Shown: in pieces, positions 15,603 through 24,371 of the stretch | Layout of the letters: each line of letters starts with the position of its first letter | Position numbering within the stretch: the first letter of the stretch is position 1 | Source of the DNA: Candidatus Iainarchaeum sp. | GTDB taxonomy: Archaea > Iainarchaeota > Iainarchaeia > JAGGVJ01 | Assembly: GCA_021158055.1 (NCBI GenBank) | Contig: JAGGVJ010000014.1 | Location: forward strand, 1-24,371 | Length of the DNA: 24,371 nucleotides | Reading direction: 5' to 3' | The notes under the pieces: generated by a model | What the model was told of the DNA's origin: nothing | Databases searched by the model: none | The model's input: only the letters and a program-made list of their open reading frames with translations | Made by a program: the position numbers and the translations under genes

Positions 15603-17141
15603 TTATTTTGGCCATATAAAGGCATTTCTGGTTTCTTCCAGGTCGTTTGAGTAAAGCTGTTTTAAGCTGTCTATGTTGTAAACGTCAATTACCATCCTTT
15701 CAAACCCGGGCCCCCACGCAAGCACAGGTATGTCTTCTCCGAGGAGCGGGACAACCACTTCGGGCCGGAATATTCCTGCGCCCCCGAGCTCGAGCCATTT
15801 TTGCTTTTTCGGGTGAAATACTTCGATTTCAACGCTCATTTCAGTGTATGGAAAGTACGCCGGCCGAAACCGCGCCTGCGGAAACCCGAGTTTTGAAAAG
15901 AACCTTTTGAGGTATCCGAGAAGGTGCTTGAATGATGCGTTTTCGTCAACGACTATTCCTTCGACCTGATAGAATTCTGCCAGGTGGCTCCAGTCAATTG
16001 TTTCGTTTCTGAAAACCCGTCCCACTGAAAAGAATTTTGCAGGCAGGTCTTTTTTTGAGAGTGATGCAAGGGTTCGCGCTGAAAGGGAGGTGGTGTGCGT
16101 GCGAAGCACTGGTTTTTCTGATTCGCTTTTGCTCCATTTGTAGTTCCAGCCCGTTGATTCCATGTTGCCTCCTTTTTCATGGGTTTCATGCACTTTTTTG
16201 ACAAGCTCTTTGTTGTCGTTTGTTATTTTTTCCGGGTTTTTCAAAAAGAAAGTGTCCTGCATTTCCCGTCCCGGATGGTCTTGCGGGATGTAAAGTGAGT
16301 CAAATACCCAAAAGCTTGAGTCTGCCATGGGTCCGGTCATTTCTGTGAAACCCATTTCAAGCCAGATCTGTCTGGTGAACTCCAGCGCTTCGTACATGTA
16401 GTGCCTGCGTCCTGCCATGGCCGGGGGTGCTGGGGCGTCAGTGTTGTACGGGCGAAAGCTGGTGGTTTTCCATTTTTTGCTTTTGATTATTTTCGGCGTT
16501 AAAACGTTTATTTCTTCAGTTATTTCAATGCCTGTTGAAATGGCTTCCATGCCAAGTTTTGTAAGCAGCGCAGTTCGCGTTGTTTTTTCCCGCACCTGTA
16601 CAAGCCCTCGTTTCACAAGCGTGTCAAGGGTGCTTTTCAGTTCCGCGACATCGGGACCTGTGACTGTGCCCGGTTCAAGTATTTTCAGCAGTTTTTCTGA
16701 GTCGCTTGTCTTGTTGTTGTCTTTGAGTCCTTTTTCAGTTAATGAAATGTTTTTTCCTTCAAATTCTATCCAGCCGTTTTTTTTCATCCACCCGAGGGCG
16801 ATGTTCGGGTTTGAAATGTTTGCTTTTTTTGACAGCTCGTCAAGGGGTGCTTTTTTCAGTTCCGCGAGTGCGTTTAGCATGAGTTTTTCAGGAAGGCCAT
16901 TTTTCGCGTATTTTTCTCCTTCTTCTTTGAGTGAGTAGTATTCGTTTATTTTTTCTTCTATTTCCGCGAGTTTTTTTGAGGAGAGCCACATGGCTGCGTT
17001 CATAAGGGAGTTTTTTTCCAGCCCGCTTGATGTTTCCAGCTCTTCAATGTCTTTTTTTTTGCCTGCTTTGAGGCAAATCAGCAGTTTTTTTTCGTTTTGA
17101 TGAAGTTCTTTAATGAGTGATTTTAAGTCCAGACAAAACAC
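15603..17141 (-). CDS. pheS: Phenylalanine-tRNA ligase alpha subunit (archaeal type with N-terminal HTH domains)
   Basis: PQDHPGREMQDTF, LRTHTT, GRVFRNE...HLAEFYQVEG, FPYTEMS, WLELGGAGIFRPEV and AWGPGFER. Start may be CTG at 17132. Confidence 0.96.
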   Translation of the reverse strand: MFCLDLKSLIKELHQNEKKLLICLKAGKKKDIEELETSSGLEKNSLMNAAMWLSSKKLAEIEEKINEYYSLKEEGEKYAKNGLPEKLMLNALAELKKAPLDELSKKANISNPNIALGWMKKNGWIEFEGKNISLTEKGLKDNNKTSDSEKLLKILEPGTVTGPDVAELKSTLDTLVKRGLVQVREKTTRTALLTKLGMEAISTGIEITEEINVLTPKIIKSKKWKTTSFRPYNTDAPAPPAMAGRRHYMYEALEFTRQIWLEMGFTEMTGPMADSSFWVFDSLYIPQDHPGREMQDTFFLKNPEKITNDNKELVKKVHETHEKGGNMESTGWNYKWSKSESEKPVLRTHTTSLSARTLASLSKKDLPAKFFSVGRVFRNETIDWSHLAEFYQVEGIVVDENASFKHLLGYLKRFFSKLGFPQARFRPAYFPYTEMSVEIEVFHPKKQKWLELGGAGIFRPEVVVPLLGEDIPVLAWGPGFERMVIDVYNIDSLKQLYSNDLEETRNAFIWPK

Positions 17142-17266
17142 CTTTTCAGTTATAAATCAGTAAATATCTTTCAAGGTTGTTTATTTTAAGTTTTTGCTTT
17201 TTTGAATTATTGCAGGTGTTTTTGAAAAAAGCACACTTAATATGTGTTTGAGAACTATTTTAGGTT

Positions 17267-18094
17267 ATGGGGGTCATAAAAAACACCTGCAACCGCATGC
17301 AGTCAACAGCCAACAGTGTGTTTTTCAGGAAAAGCACAGGAAAGCGCTTTTATGAAATAGATGTTTTGAGGGGTATTGCTGTTTTGCTGATGATTTTTTA
17401 TCATGCTTTTTTTGATTTGAATTATTTTTTTGGCTTTGGTTTTGATTTGTGGTCTGGTTTGATCTGGTTTGTCGGAAGGTCTGCTGCGGTGTTGTTTGTT
17501 TTTCTTGTCGGGGTGTCTTTGACAGTCAGTTTTTCAAGGGCAAGTCAAAAAAGTTTTTTTGCGAAAAAAACAGGTATTTCAAACGAGGGGTTGTTTTTTG
17601 CTAAAAAGTATGTTTTGAGGGGTTTAGGGATTTTTTCATTGGGCTTAATAATAACGGTTGTGACGTTTTTGTTTGATTCCTCAAAAACAATTTATTTTGG
17701 GGTATTGCATTTTATCGGTTTTGCTGTTGCGTTTTCTTTTCCTTTTTTAAGGTTCAGACGATTGAATCTGGTGTTTGGGGTTGCATCAATTTTTCTTGGT
17801 TTTTATTTGTCAAAGATTGTTTTTGATTTTCCTTATCTTCTTTTTTTGGGTTTTCGCCCTTCTTTTTTTGCTTCTTTTGATTATTTCCCTGTGTTCCCTT
17901 GGATCGGTGTTGTGTTTTTGGGAATGTTTTTTGGCAACGTTTTGTATCCTCAAGGGAAGCGGTTGTTTTTGATACCTGATTTTTCAAAAAGTTTTGGTGT
18001 TTTTTCTTTTCTCGGGCGAAATTCTTTGGCGATTTATTTCCTGCACCAACCCGTGATTATTGCATTGATGTGTTTATTGTCAATATTGTTTTGA
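17267..18094 (+). CDS. DUF1624 / heparan-alpha-glucosaminide N-acetyltransferase-like membrane acyltransferase
   Basis: RFYEIDVLRGIAVLLMIFYH, FVFLVGVS, FGVLHFIG, DYFPVFPW and LGRNSLAIYFLHQP, with many TM helices. Confidence 0.85.
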   Translation: MGVIKNTCNRMQSTANSVFFRKSTGKRFYEIDVLRGIAVLLMIFYHAFFDLNYFFGFGFDLWSGLIWFVGRSAAVLFVFLVGVSLTVSFSRASQKSFFAKKTGISNEGLFFAKKYVLRGLGIFSLGLIITVVTFLFDSSKTIYFGVLHFIGFAVAFSFPFLRFRRLNLVFGVASIFLGFYLSKIVFDFPYLLFLGFRPSFFASFDYFPVFPWIGVVFLGMFFGNVLYPQGKRLFLIPDFSKSFGVFSFLGRNSLAIYFLHQPVIIALMCLLSILF

Positions 18095-18201
18095 TTTATT
18101 TTTGCTGTTTTGATTGATCTGCAATTTTGCTGATTGATAATTTTGGTTGATTGAAGCAATAATAATTTAAGAATCGTGTGTTTCTTCATAATTGTGGTTT
18201 T

Positions 18202-18708
18202 ATGAAAAAGTGTTTTGTTCTTGATGCTTCCGGGATAATCAATAGTCCGTTGTTTTCCCCGGGAAATGATTGTTTTTTGTGTCCTCCTGAAGTGATTTCT
18301 GAAATCAGGGACAGTCATTCAAGAAGTATTTTGGAGGCGTTGAAGGCTTCGGGAAATCTTGAGGTAAGAGAGCCTTTGAGCGATTCTGTTGAAAGTGTTT
18401 TGAAGCAGGCAAGGTCTACAGGGGACGTTTCTGTTTTGTCTGAAACAGATGTGAAGGTTTTTGCCCTTGCAATCGAAACAGGCAGTGTCTTGTTGAGTGA
18501 TGATTTTGCCTTGCAGAATGTTGCTTTGAAGATGAATGTTTGTGTTTTGTCTGCGTCGCACGGTGAAATAAAAAGAAAGGTGTCATGGGGGTTTCGGTGC
18601 GAGGGCTGCAACAGGAAGTTTCCCCTTGATTATAAGGAGAAGACCTGCAGTGTGTGCGGTTCAAAAATCAAAAGGTATGCAAAGCGTGTTTTCAGGCGTC
18701 GTCAGTGA
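18202..18708 (+). CDS. nob1: Nob1-family endonuclease (PIN domain + Zn ribbon)
   Basis: VLDAS, VISEIRD, TGD...LSETD, LLSDDFALQNVA and a C-terminal CEGC...CSVCGS. Confidence 0.88.
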   Translation: MKKCFVLDASGIINSPLFSPGNDCFLCPPEVISEIRDSHSRSILEALKASGNLEVREPLSDSVESVLKQARSTGDVSVLSETDVKVFALAIETGSVLLSDDFALQNVALKMNVCVLSASHGEIKRKVSWGFRCEGCNRKFPLDYKEKTCSVCGSKIKRYAKRVFRRRQ

Positions 18709-19594
18709 TGTCAAGCCCAAGGTCTTCGTTTTCCATGTTTTTTTCTTCTTTTCCGGTGTTGTGTTCTTCAACGTATTTTTCAAGGGTTTCCCGGATTTTT
18801 TTCCTTGAAAACACAACAAACAACAGCATGATTGCAAGAACGCCTGCGAGAATCAACGCGCGTTTTTCAAGGAAGTCAAAGATTTGATCCTGTATTTGGG
18901 TGACTTCTTCAGTTATCGGTATTTCCCAGGTGTATTCGAGGTTTATTTCGCTTGTTGTAATGTGCCCGCTCCAGGTGACTTTTGTGCTTGTACCCCCGCT
19001 TGGAGTGACTGCGTTTTCGGTTATGATGTAGCTTTCCGGCTTGATGTTTTTAAGAAGCTGGCTTCCTTCAGGGATTACCACTGACATGACGAAGTTTTTT
19101 GGGATTATGAACGAGCCGCTTTTTGTTTTAATGTTCAGTTTGCTTTCGTCGAATTTCATGTATTTTACGCGGTTTGTTTGCCCGGTAACTATTGACGGGA
19201 TAATTGCATCATATTCAATTGTCAGCATGACTGCGTTTCTGATCAGCTGGTTGTTTTCAATGTAAGGTGATGTCCTGTTGCTTAGGTTTTGCCGGTCTCC
19301 TGCTACAAAAAAGTCTATTCCCTGATTGAAGTTTTTCCAGCTGATTGTGTTTGAACCTGTTTTTTCAGCCAGTTTTTCAAAGTTGATGTAGTCGTTTTGG
19401 TTGCCGAGTTCAAAAAGAAATTTTTCGTTCACGTGTACAACGCCGTTTTCCTGCAGGTATATAGTGACTGAAGTGTTCATGAGGGTGTGGTTTATGGTAG
19501 TGTTTCCGTCAGTAAACAGTTCGGCGCCTGCAACTTGTGAAAGCAGTATTGCCGCCAGCAAAGCAATTATTTTTTTCATTTTATCTCCTGTCAA
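18692..19594 (-). CDS. Secreted, membrane-anchored hypothetical protein
   Basis: Signal peptide (MKKIIALLAAILLSQVAGA), beta-rich ectodomain, C-terminal TM helix and charged tail. Confidence 0.7.
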   Translation of the reverse strand: MTGDKMKKIIALLAAILLSQVAGAELFTDGNTTINHTLMNTSVTIYLQENGVVHVNEKFLFELGNQNDYINFEKLAEKTGSNTISWKNFNQGIDFFVAGDRQNLSNRTSPYIENNQLIRNAVMLTIEYDAIIPSIVTGQTNRVKYMKFDESKLNIKTKSGSFIIPKNFVMSVVIPEGSQLLKNIKPESYIITENAVTPSGGTSTKVTWSGHITTSEINLEYTWEIPITEEVTQIQDQIFDFLEKRALILAGVLAIMLLFVVFSRKKIRETLEKYVEEHNTGKEEKNMENEDLGLDITDDA

Positions 19595-19745
19595 AACATG
19601 GTAAGTGTGTGATTATATTGTCATGCTTGTCATGCGTAAATAGCATAACTTATTGTGTTTTATATATATTGATTTGATATATATATATTGAGTTTGCATA
19701 TACTATTAATAAGTATGTGAAACAGTCAATTACTGCCATTGAAAG

Positions 19746-20657
19746 CTAGATTTCGACTTCTTCCAGGTCTTCAGGCACAAATGATTCGTTGAATTCTTTT
19801 CTTGCTTCAAGTTCGAGAATCTGAATGTCGTCGTGGTATCTTGCGCTGACATGGATTAAGGCAAGCCTTTTGACATTTGCTTTTTTTGCCACTTCTCCTG
19901 CTTCGCCGGCAGTTGAGTGCTTGGCTGTGACTGCCCTGCTGCTCATTTTTTCAGCAAGGGTGGAGTCGTGAACTAAAAGGTCTGCGTTTTTTGCCTGTTT
20001 GATTGTTTCTTTTATGGGTCTTGTATCTGTTGCGTAAACTATTTTTTTCCCTGGTTCTTTTTTAAGCAGCACGTCTTCGGGTCTGATTGTTTTTCCTTTG
20101 AGCTTGATTGCTTTTCCTGTCTGAAGCGTTCCCCATAGTTTTCCTTTCGGGATGCCGAGTTTTTCTGCTTTTTTTTCATTTATTTTTCTCTGGTGCTTTT
20201 CTTCCAGGACGTAACCGAGGCATTCGATAACGTGGTCGAGTTCAAATGTGCGCACGAGAAAGCTGTCTTTTTCGTAGATTGTTTTTTCTCCGCGTATTTC
20301 CTTGACTTTCACTTCAAAGGTCTGCTCGTATTCTCCAAGCAGAAGGAGCTTGTTGACGATTTCTTTTGTCCCGGGCGGCCCGAAGACAGTCAGCTTGTGC
20401 TTTCTTCCAAAAAGCGACAGCGTCTGGAAGATTCCGGGAAGCCCGAGGAAGTGGTCTGCGTGAATGTGGCTTAAGAATAATGCCTCGCATTTGTAGAGCG
20501 ACAGTTTTGCTTTCATTGCCTGCATCTGCGCTCCTTCGCAGGCGTCAAACAAAAGGGTTTCGCCTTCAAGTCTTACGGCCATGGTGGTTGTGTGCCTGTG
20601 TTTTGAGGGCACTCCTCCTGAGGTTCCGAGAAAGACGACGTTCATCAAATAAGCCAT
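19746..20657 (-). CDS. rnz: Ribonuclease Z
   Basis: FLGTSGGVP, LFDACEG, SHIHADHFLG, exosite LGIPKG, DTRP, HDST, KHST and HVSARY. True start probably 20645-20648. Confidence 0.94.
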   Translation of the reverse strand: MAYLMNVVFLGTSGGVPSKHRHTTTMAVRLEGETLLFDACEGAQMQAMKAKLSLYKCEALFLSHIHADHFLGLPGIFQTLSLFGRKHKLTVFGPPGTKEIVNKLLLLGEYEQTFEVKVKEIRGEKTIYEKDSFLVRTFELDHVIECLGYVLEEKHQRKINEKKAEKLGIPKGKLWGTLQTGKAIKLKGKTIRPEDVLLKKEPGKKIVYATDTRPIKETIKQAKNADLLVHDSTLAEKMSSRAVTAKHSTAGEAGEVAKKANVKRLALIHVSARYHDDIQILELEARKEFNESFVPEDLEEVEI

Positions 20658-21607
20658 TCTCCGTTTTCCATGAGTTTTTTGTTGTCTGCAAAAACGCTTG
20701 GGTTGAGGATTATTCCGTCGTTGTGAAAGTTGCTTGCGTTTTTGCCGCCGAAGCTGGTGTTGTTTCCAAAGCCGATGTGAACTGAACCGAATATTTTTTC
20801 ATCATTCAATGTGTTTCCGACAAGCTTTGCGCTTTTGTTGGTCCCCACGCCGAATTCGCACACTACTTTTGCGTTTTCGTCTCCAGAGGCAAATATTTTT
20901 TCAAGCGCTTCTGCGTCTTTGCCTTGGCAGGAAACAACCCGTCCGTTTTTGACAACTGCTTTCGTCGGGAGGTTTACTGAACCGCCCATGGATTCAATTA
21001 CAATTGTTCCCTGTGCTGTCCCTTCAACTGGTGCCGCATAAATTTCCCCTGTCGGAAGGTTTGCGCAGTCCCTGGGATTCCTGCAGTCGCCGTCGTCTTC
21101 GTGAATTTCCCTCCCGGAGATGCTGAATGAAAGAAGGGTCCCTTGCGGCGAGGTTATCCTGATTTTGTCTGCGCCGTCCAGTGTGTTTTTCATTTTTTTG
21201 TTCAGGTTTTTGATTTCAGGGTAGTTTGCCTTGATTGGCCCGGTAAACATTTCTTTGCTGACGTTTGGCAGGGAAAGTCCTCTTGCCCCGTTTTTGTTTG
21301 CATTGATTCTTGCTTTTGTGTGGGTTAAGCTGAAGGTTGTGGGGAGAAAAAACACGTCGCATTCAAGCATTGCCTGGGCGACAAGTTTCGGGGGTTCTGC
21401 CCCGTCTGTTCCTGTGGGGGGAAACACAATGCTTTTCACGCTTGCCCCGAGCTCTGTTGCCGATATCCGAAACGCCTCACATATTTCTTTTTTGTTCCCG
21501 TTTGAAACGATTAGGACTTGTTCGTTGCTTTTGATTCCAAGGCAGTCGCGTGCGGCAATCGTTGTTCCTTCAAGGAGGCCGCTGTCTGTCGTGAATTTTT
21601 CTTTCAT
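20645..21607 (-). CDS. M29-family (aminopeptidase T / thermophilic metalloprotease) aminopeptidase
   Basis: GAEPP, SLTHT.AR, NLPTGEIYAAP, EFGVGTN, DEKIFGSVHIGFG and HND. Confidence 0.88.
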   Translation of the reverse strand: MKEKFTTDSGLLEGTTIAARDCLGIKSNEQVLIVSNGNKKEICEAFRISATELGASVKSIVFPPTGTDGAEPPKLVAQAMLECDVFFLPTTFSLTHTKARINANKNGARGLSLPNVSKEMFTGPIKANYPEIKNLNKKMKNTLDGADKIRITSPQGTLLSFSISGREIHEDDGDCRNPRDCANLPTGEIYAAPVEGTAQGTIVIESMGGSVNLPTKAVVKNGRVVSCQGKDAEALEKIFASGDENAKVVCEFGVGTNKSAKLVGNTLNDEKIFGSVHIGFGNNTSFGGKNASNFHNDGIILNPSVFADNKKLMENGEWLI

Positions 21608-21702
21608 GTTGATTCCCCGTTTTTATAGTTTTTTACTGTTTTTTATATGATTAGTTTAATGTGATTGATTTATATGGTTGATTTATATGGCATATTTTGT
21701 TT

Positions 21703-21786
21703 AGTATAAGTTAATCTATATAGAGTATAAGTTAATCTATATAGAGTATAAGTTAATCTATATAGAGTATAAGTTAATCTATATAG
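21703..21786. repeat. Perfect tandem repeat, 4 x 21 bp (AGTATAAGTTAATCTATATAG)
   Basis: Copies start at 21703, 21724, 21745 and 21766. Preceded by 2 x 13 bp TTGATTTATATGG (21665-21690). Confidence 0.95.
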
Positions 21787-21850
21787 TATAACTTAGTTCT
21801 TTTTAATTTTTAGATTTGCAATTATTTTTTTGTTTTGGGGGTGCGGTTTT

Positions 21851-22876
21851 TTGAAGGGTTTTGATTTTGAAGCGAGATTAAAAAATGTCAGGAAAAAGAT
21901 GGAGGAAAGCAAGGTTGACTGTGTGTTTTTTGCATCCGATAGCAGGCCTTCTCCGAATATTGTTTACCTGACAGGCATAAGGGACATTTGCCCGTTTTTT
22001 CTTCTCGTTACAAAAAAAAGTTCGTATGCATGGGTTTTTGACCACCAGTCAGAGCTTTTTGACAGTTCCTGGATAGACAATATTTATTCCCTTGATTCGT
22101 TTCAGGAAAACTTGAAAAAGACGATTAATCAGGAAAAAATAGAAAAACTCGGGTTTGATGATTCGTGGAGCAGGCCGTATTTTCTTTTCAAGCTTCAGAA
22201 GTACGGTAAAGTGATCCCTTTTTCAGAGCATATGTATTCCCTTCGCGAAAAAAAAGATGACCTTGAGCTGAAAATGCTTGCCAAGGCGTCAAAGATAACT
22301 CTTTCCGCAATAGATTCAGCGGAAATAGTTCCGGGAAAGACAGAAAACCAGATAGCAGGTGAAATGGAAGTTGCTGCAAGGTTTCTTGGAGCAAGCCTGG
22401 ATGCCTTTGAGCCGCTTGTGATCTCGGGAAAAAGGTCTTCTCTTCTTCATGGCCTTCCCTCAAACCAGGTGATTTCAAAAACTTCTTCTGTTCTGGTTGA
22501 TGTCGGCGCAAGAGTTGAAGGGTATTGCGGGGATTTTTCAAGAAGTTTTTGTTTTAAGGATTCAACAAGACAGGTAAAGGATGCAATTTTGGCAGTAGAG
22601 GAAGCAAAAAACAAAGCGGTAAAGGCTGCAAAAGTAGGGGTCACAGCCGGTGAGTTAAGTGATCTTGCACATCAGATAATTTGTGACTACGGTTTTGGGC
22701 AGTATTCTTTTGAAAGCCGTCATGCATTAGGTCATCAGGTGGGGCTTGAAGAACACGACGGTCCGCTTTTTGTTTATAAAAAAATTGAAAAAGGCATGGC
22801 GTTTACCATAGAACCCGGAATTTATGTCTCAAACAAGTTTGGAATAAGGTTTGAAGACGTTGTTTTAAAGTTGTAG
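21851..22876 (+). CDS. M24-family Xaa-Pro peptidase / prolidase
   Basis: Creatinase-like N-domain (NIVYLTG), LHG, DVGA...YCGDFSRS, HALGHQVGLEEHD, TIEPGIY and GIRFED. TTG at 21851 follows GGGGTG. Confidence 0.9.
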   Translation: MKGFDFEARLKNVRKKMEESKVDCVFFASDSRPSPNIVYLTGIRDICPFFLLVTKKSSYAWVFDHQSELFDSSWIDNIYSLDSFQENLKKTINQEKIEKLGFDDSWSRPYFLFKLQKYGKVIPFSEHMYSLREKKDDLELKMLAKASKITLSAIDSAEIVPGKTENQIAGEMEVAARFLGASLDAFEPLVISGKRSSLLHGLPSNQVISKTSSVLVDVGARVEGYCGDFSRSFCFKDSTRQVKDAILAVEEAKNKAVKAAKVGVTAGELSDLAHQIICDYGFGQYSFESRHALGHQVGLEEHDGPLFVYKKIEKGMAFTIEPGIYVSNKFGIRFEDVVLKL

Positions 22877-22940
22877 TTTAGTGATTGATGATTTGGTTTG
22901 GTTTGAGTTGATTTGATTTTAGTTTGGTTTAAGTGATTTT

Positions 22941-24239
22941 ATGGATTTGAGTGAAAAGCAGCAATGTGAATTGGCTAAAAAAATAGTTTCAATAATGAAT
23001 GTCGGTAAAAAGAAAAATACGCATGGCATAAACAAGGCAAAGAAAAAGTTCGGGTCGTGGATAAGTGATTTTGCAGAGAAGTTTTCAGAAAAGCATGTGA
23101 CTTTGAAAGTTGTCCGGAAAAGTTTTCCTCAAATGACAAAAGGGATTTGGGAAGAGTTGAAAAGCCCTCTTTTTGGCCCTTTTTTGTGGTCAAATGAAGG
23201 AAAGACAAAGGTTCTTGACCGCGTCGGAGAAACTGTTTTGATTCAGTACCACAATGAAAACGAGTTTATTGCAAGGCGGATTATGGACGAGTGCAGGAAG
23301 AAAGGAGCGCACCCGATGTGGATGTTGAGGGATTCGCTTTTATTGAAAGAATCATACGCCACTTCAACAAAACAGGCTCTTGAAGAACTTCCGCAGTTTC
23401 AGATTAATTTGTGGAAAAATGTGGACAAATTGATTCAGTTCCAGTTTGTTGACGACCCGTTTTGGAAAACAGGCATTGATCCAAAAAAACTCAGGCTTGG
23501 AACAGATATCGCAGAGCTTTACAGAAAAAACACGCAGAAATGGGACTGGCTTCTTGTTGGCTGGCCTTATCCAAAGACAGCGGAAGTGTTTGGGGTCAAG
23601 CCGGAATGGTTTTCAGATATGCTTTTTGAAGCGCTTGAAGCGTCGTTTTCAAAAGAGACGCATGTTGCGCAAGAGTATTATATGGATGAACTGAAGGGAA
23701 AAAGCACTGTCAGGATTGAACACGAAGACGGGACAGATCTGGTTTTGAGCGTTAAAGGAAGAAAACCGATGTGGGATCACACCGGTTCAGAAAAAGTAAA
23801 CAATTTGCCTTCAGGCGAAGTGTTTGTTGCACCGGTTGAGAACAGTGCTGAAGGGAAAATATTTTTTGAGAAGATTAATGTTTTAGGGCACGGTTTTGTT
23901 GAAGGGTTGTGGCTTGAGTTCAGGAATGGAAAGCTTGATTTGTTCAAAGCAAAGAAAAACGGGGAATTTTTAAAGGCATGGCTTGCTGAAAACACGCCGA
24001 GTACAAGAATTCCTGGCGAGCTTGGGATAGGTTGCAATAAATCTGCAAGGTATTCGGGTTTTATTTTGACTGACGAGAAGATTTTTGGAACAATCCATAT
24101 CGCATTGGGATTCAACGTGGAGTTCGGGGGCAAGAACAATGCTTCGGGCCACATGGATATGGTAAAGGACATGTCAAATGGAAAGATGTTTTTTGACGAA
24201 AAGCTTGTGATGGAAAAAGGACTCCCGGTAAAACGCTGA
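22941..24239 (+). CDS. M29-family aminopeptidase with N-terminal insertion
   Basis: GTDLVLSVKGR, NLPSGEVFVAP, GELGIGCN, DEKIFGTIHIALG and SGHMD. Confidence 0.85.
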   Translation: MDLSEKQQCELAKKIVSIMNVGKKKNTHGINKAKKKFGSWISDFAEKFSEKHVTLKVVRKSFPQMTKGIWEELKSPLFGPFLWSNEGKTKVLDRVGETVLIQYHNENEFIARRIMDECRKKGAHPMWMLRDSLLLKESYATSTKQALEELPQFQINLWKNVDKLIQFQFVDDPFWKTGIDPKKLRLGTDIAELYRKNTQKWDWLLVGWPYPKTAEVFGVKPEWFSDMLFEALEASFSKETHVAQEYYMDELKGKSTVRIEHEDGTDLVLSVKGRKPMWDHTGSEKVNNLPSGEVFVAPVENSAEGKIFFEKINVLGHGFVEGLWLEFRNGKLDLFKAKKNGEFLKAWLAENTPSTRIPGELGIGCNKSARYSGFILTDEKIFGTIHIALGFNVEFGGKNNASGHMDMVKDMSNGKMFFDEKLVMEKGLPVKR

Positions 24240-24265
24240 ATTTAAAGGAAAAATTTTTTATAAAG

Positions 24266-24371
24266 CCGGTCAAAAATATATGATCAATCAAGATCCGGAA
24301 CCAGTCAAAAATATATGATCAATCAAGATCCGGAACCAGTCAAAAATATATGATCAATCAAGATCCGGAAC
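24266..24371. repeat. Tandem repeat, 35-bp unit, at least 3 copies, truncated by the window end
   Basis: CC(A/G)GTCAAAAATATATGATCAATCAAGATCCGGAA at 24266, 24301 and 24336, with no spacers. Confidence 0.93.

Noticed and set aside
21703-21786. CRISPR array or canonical archaeal ORB origin
   Set aside because: No spacers, no G-string ORB consensus and no adjacent orc1/cdc6.
22877-22940. GGTTT/GATTT-like pentamer repeats
   Set aside because: Low-complexity T/G-rich intergenic sequence consistent with the general strand bias, not a discrete element.
4589-24172. Numerous 60-175 aa antisense or alternate-frame ORFs overlapping pyrB, glyA, pheST, rfcL and the peptidases
   Set aside because: They overlap well-supported genes almost entirely and lack recognisable motifs, so they are treated as shadow ORFs.
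24266-24371. CRISPR array
   Set aside because: Units are contiguous with no unique spacers, and there are no cas genes in the window.

Overview
Archaeal chromosomal segment, probably a small-genome DPANN-type lineage (inference from RFC large subunit with PIP box, archaeal PheS/PheT, PyrI, Nob1, RNase Z and GGTGA-type SD sites). It begins inside an IS5-family transposase that the ORF track misses and ends inside a 35-bp tandem repeat. Core genes are pyrBI, glyA, tRNA-Gly(TCC), rfcL, pheST, nob1, rnz and three exopeptidases. Two accessory modules stand out. (1) At 932-4363, an AT-rich, IS-adjacent four-gene unit: a GbsR/MarR-type regulator, a translationally coupled 60-aa peptide, a Tes/GDGT-MAS (MJ0619)-family radical SAM enzyme and an AttH/CrtC-like beta-barrel protein. 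Two near-identical ATTTCA-N8-TGAAAT operator candidates lie upstream of the regulator and of the operon. (2) At 8114-11448, a secreted transcobalamin-like protein (alpha/alpha barrel + DUF4430-like domain) and a membrane-anchored partner, divergent from an ArsR-type HTH protein that seems to carry its own DUF4430-like domain. This is a candidate protein-based corrinoid-sensing and scavenging system. Also noted: probable non-canonical starts (ATT for pyrB, CTG for pheS), a structured glyA leader and a perfect 4x21-bp repeat. All family calls come from motifs recognised by eye, not database searches.
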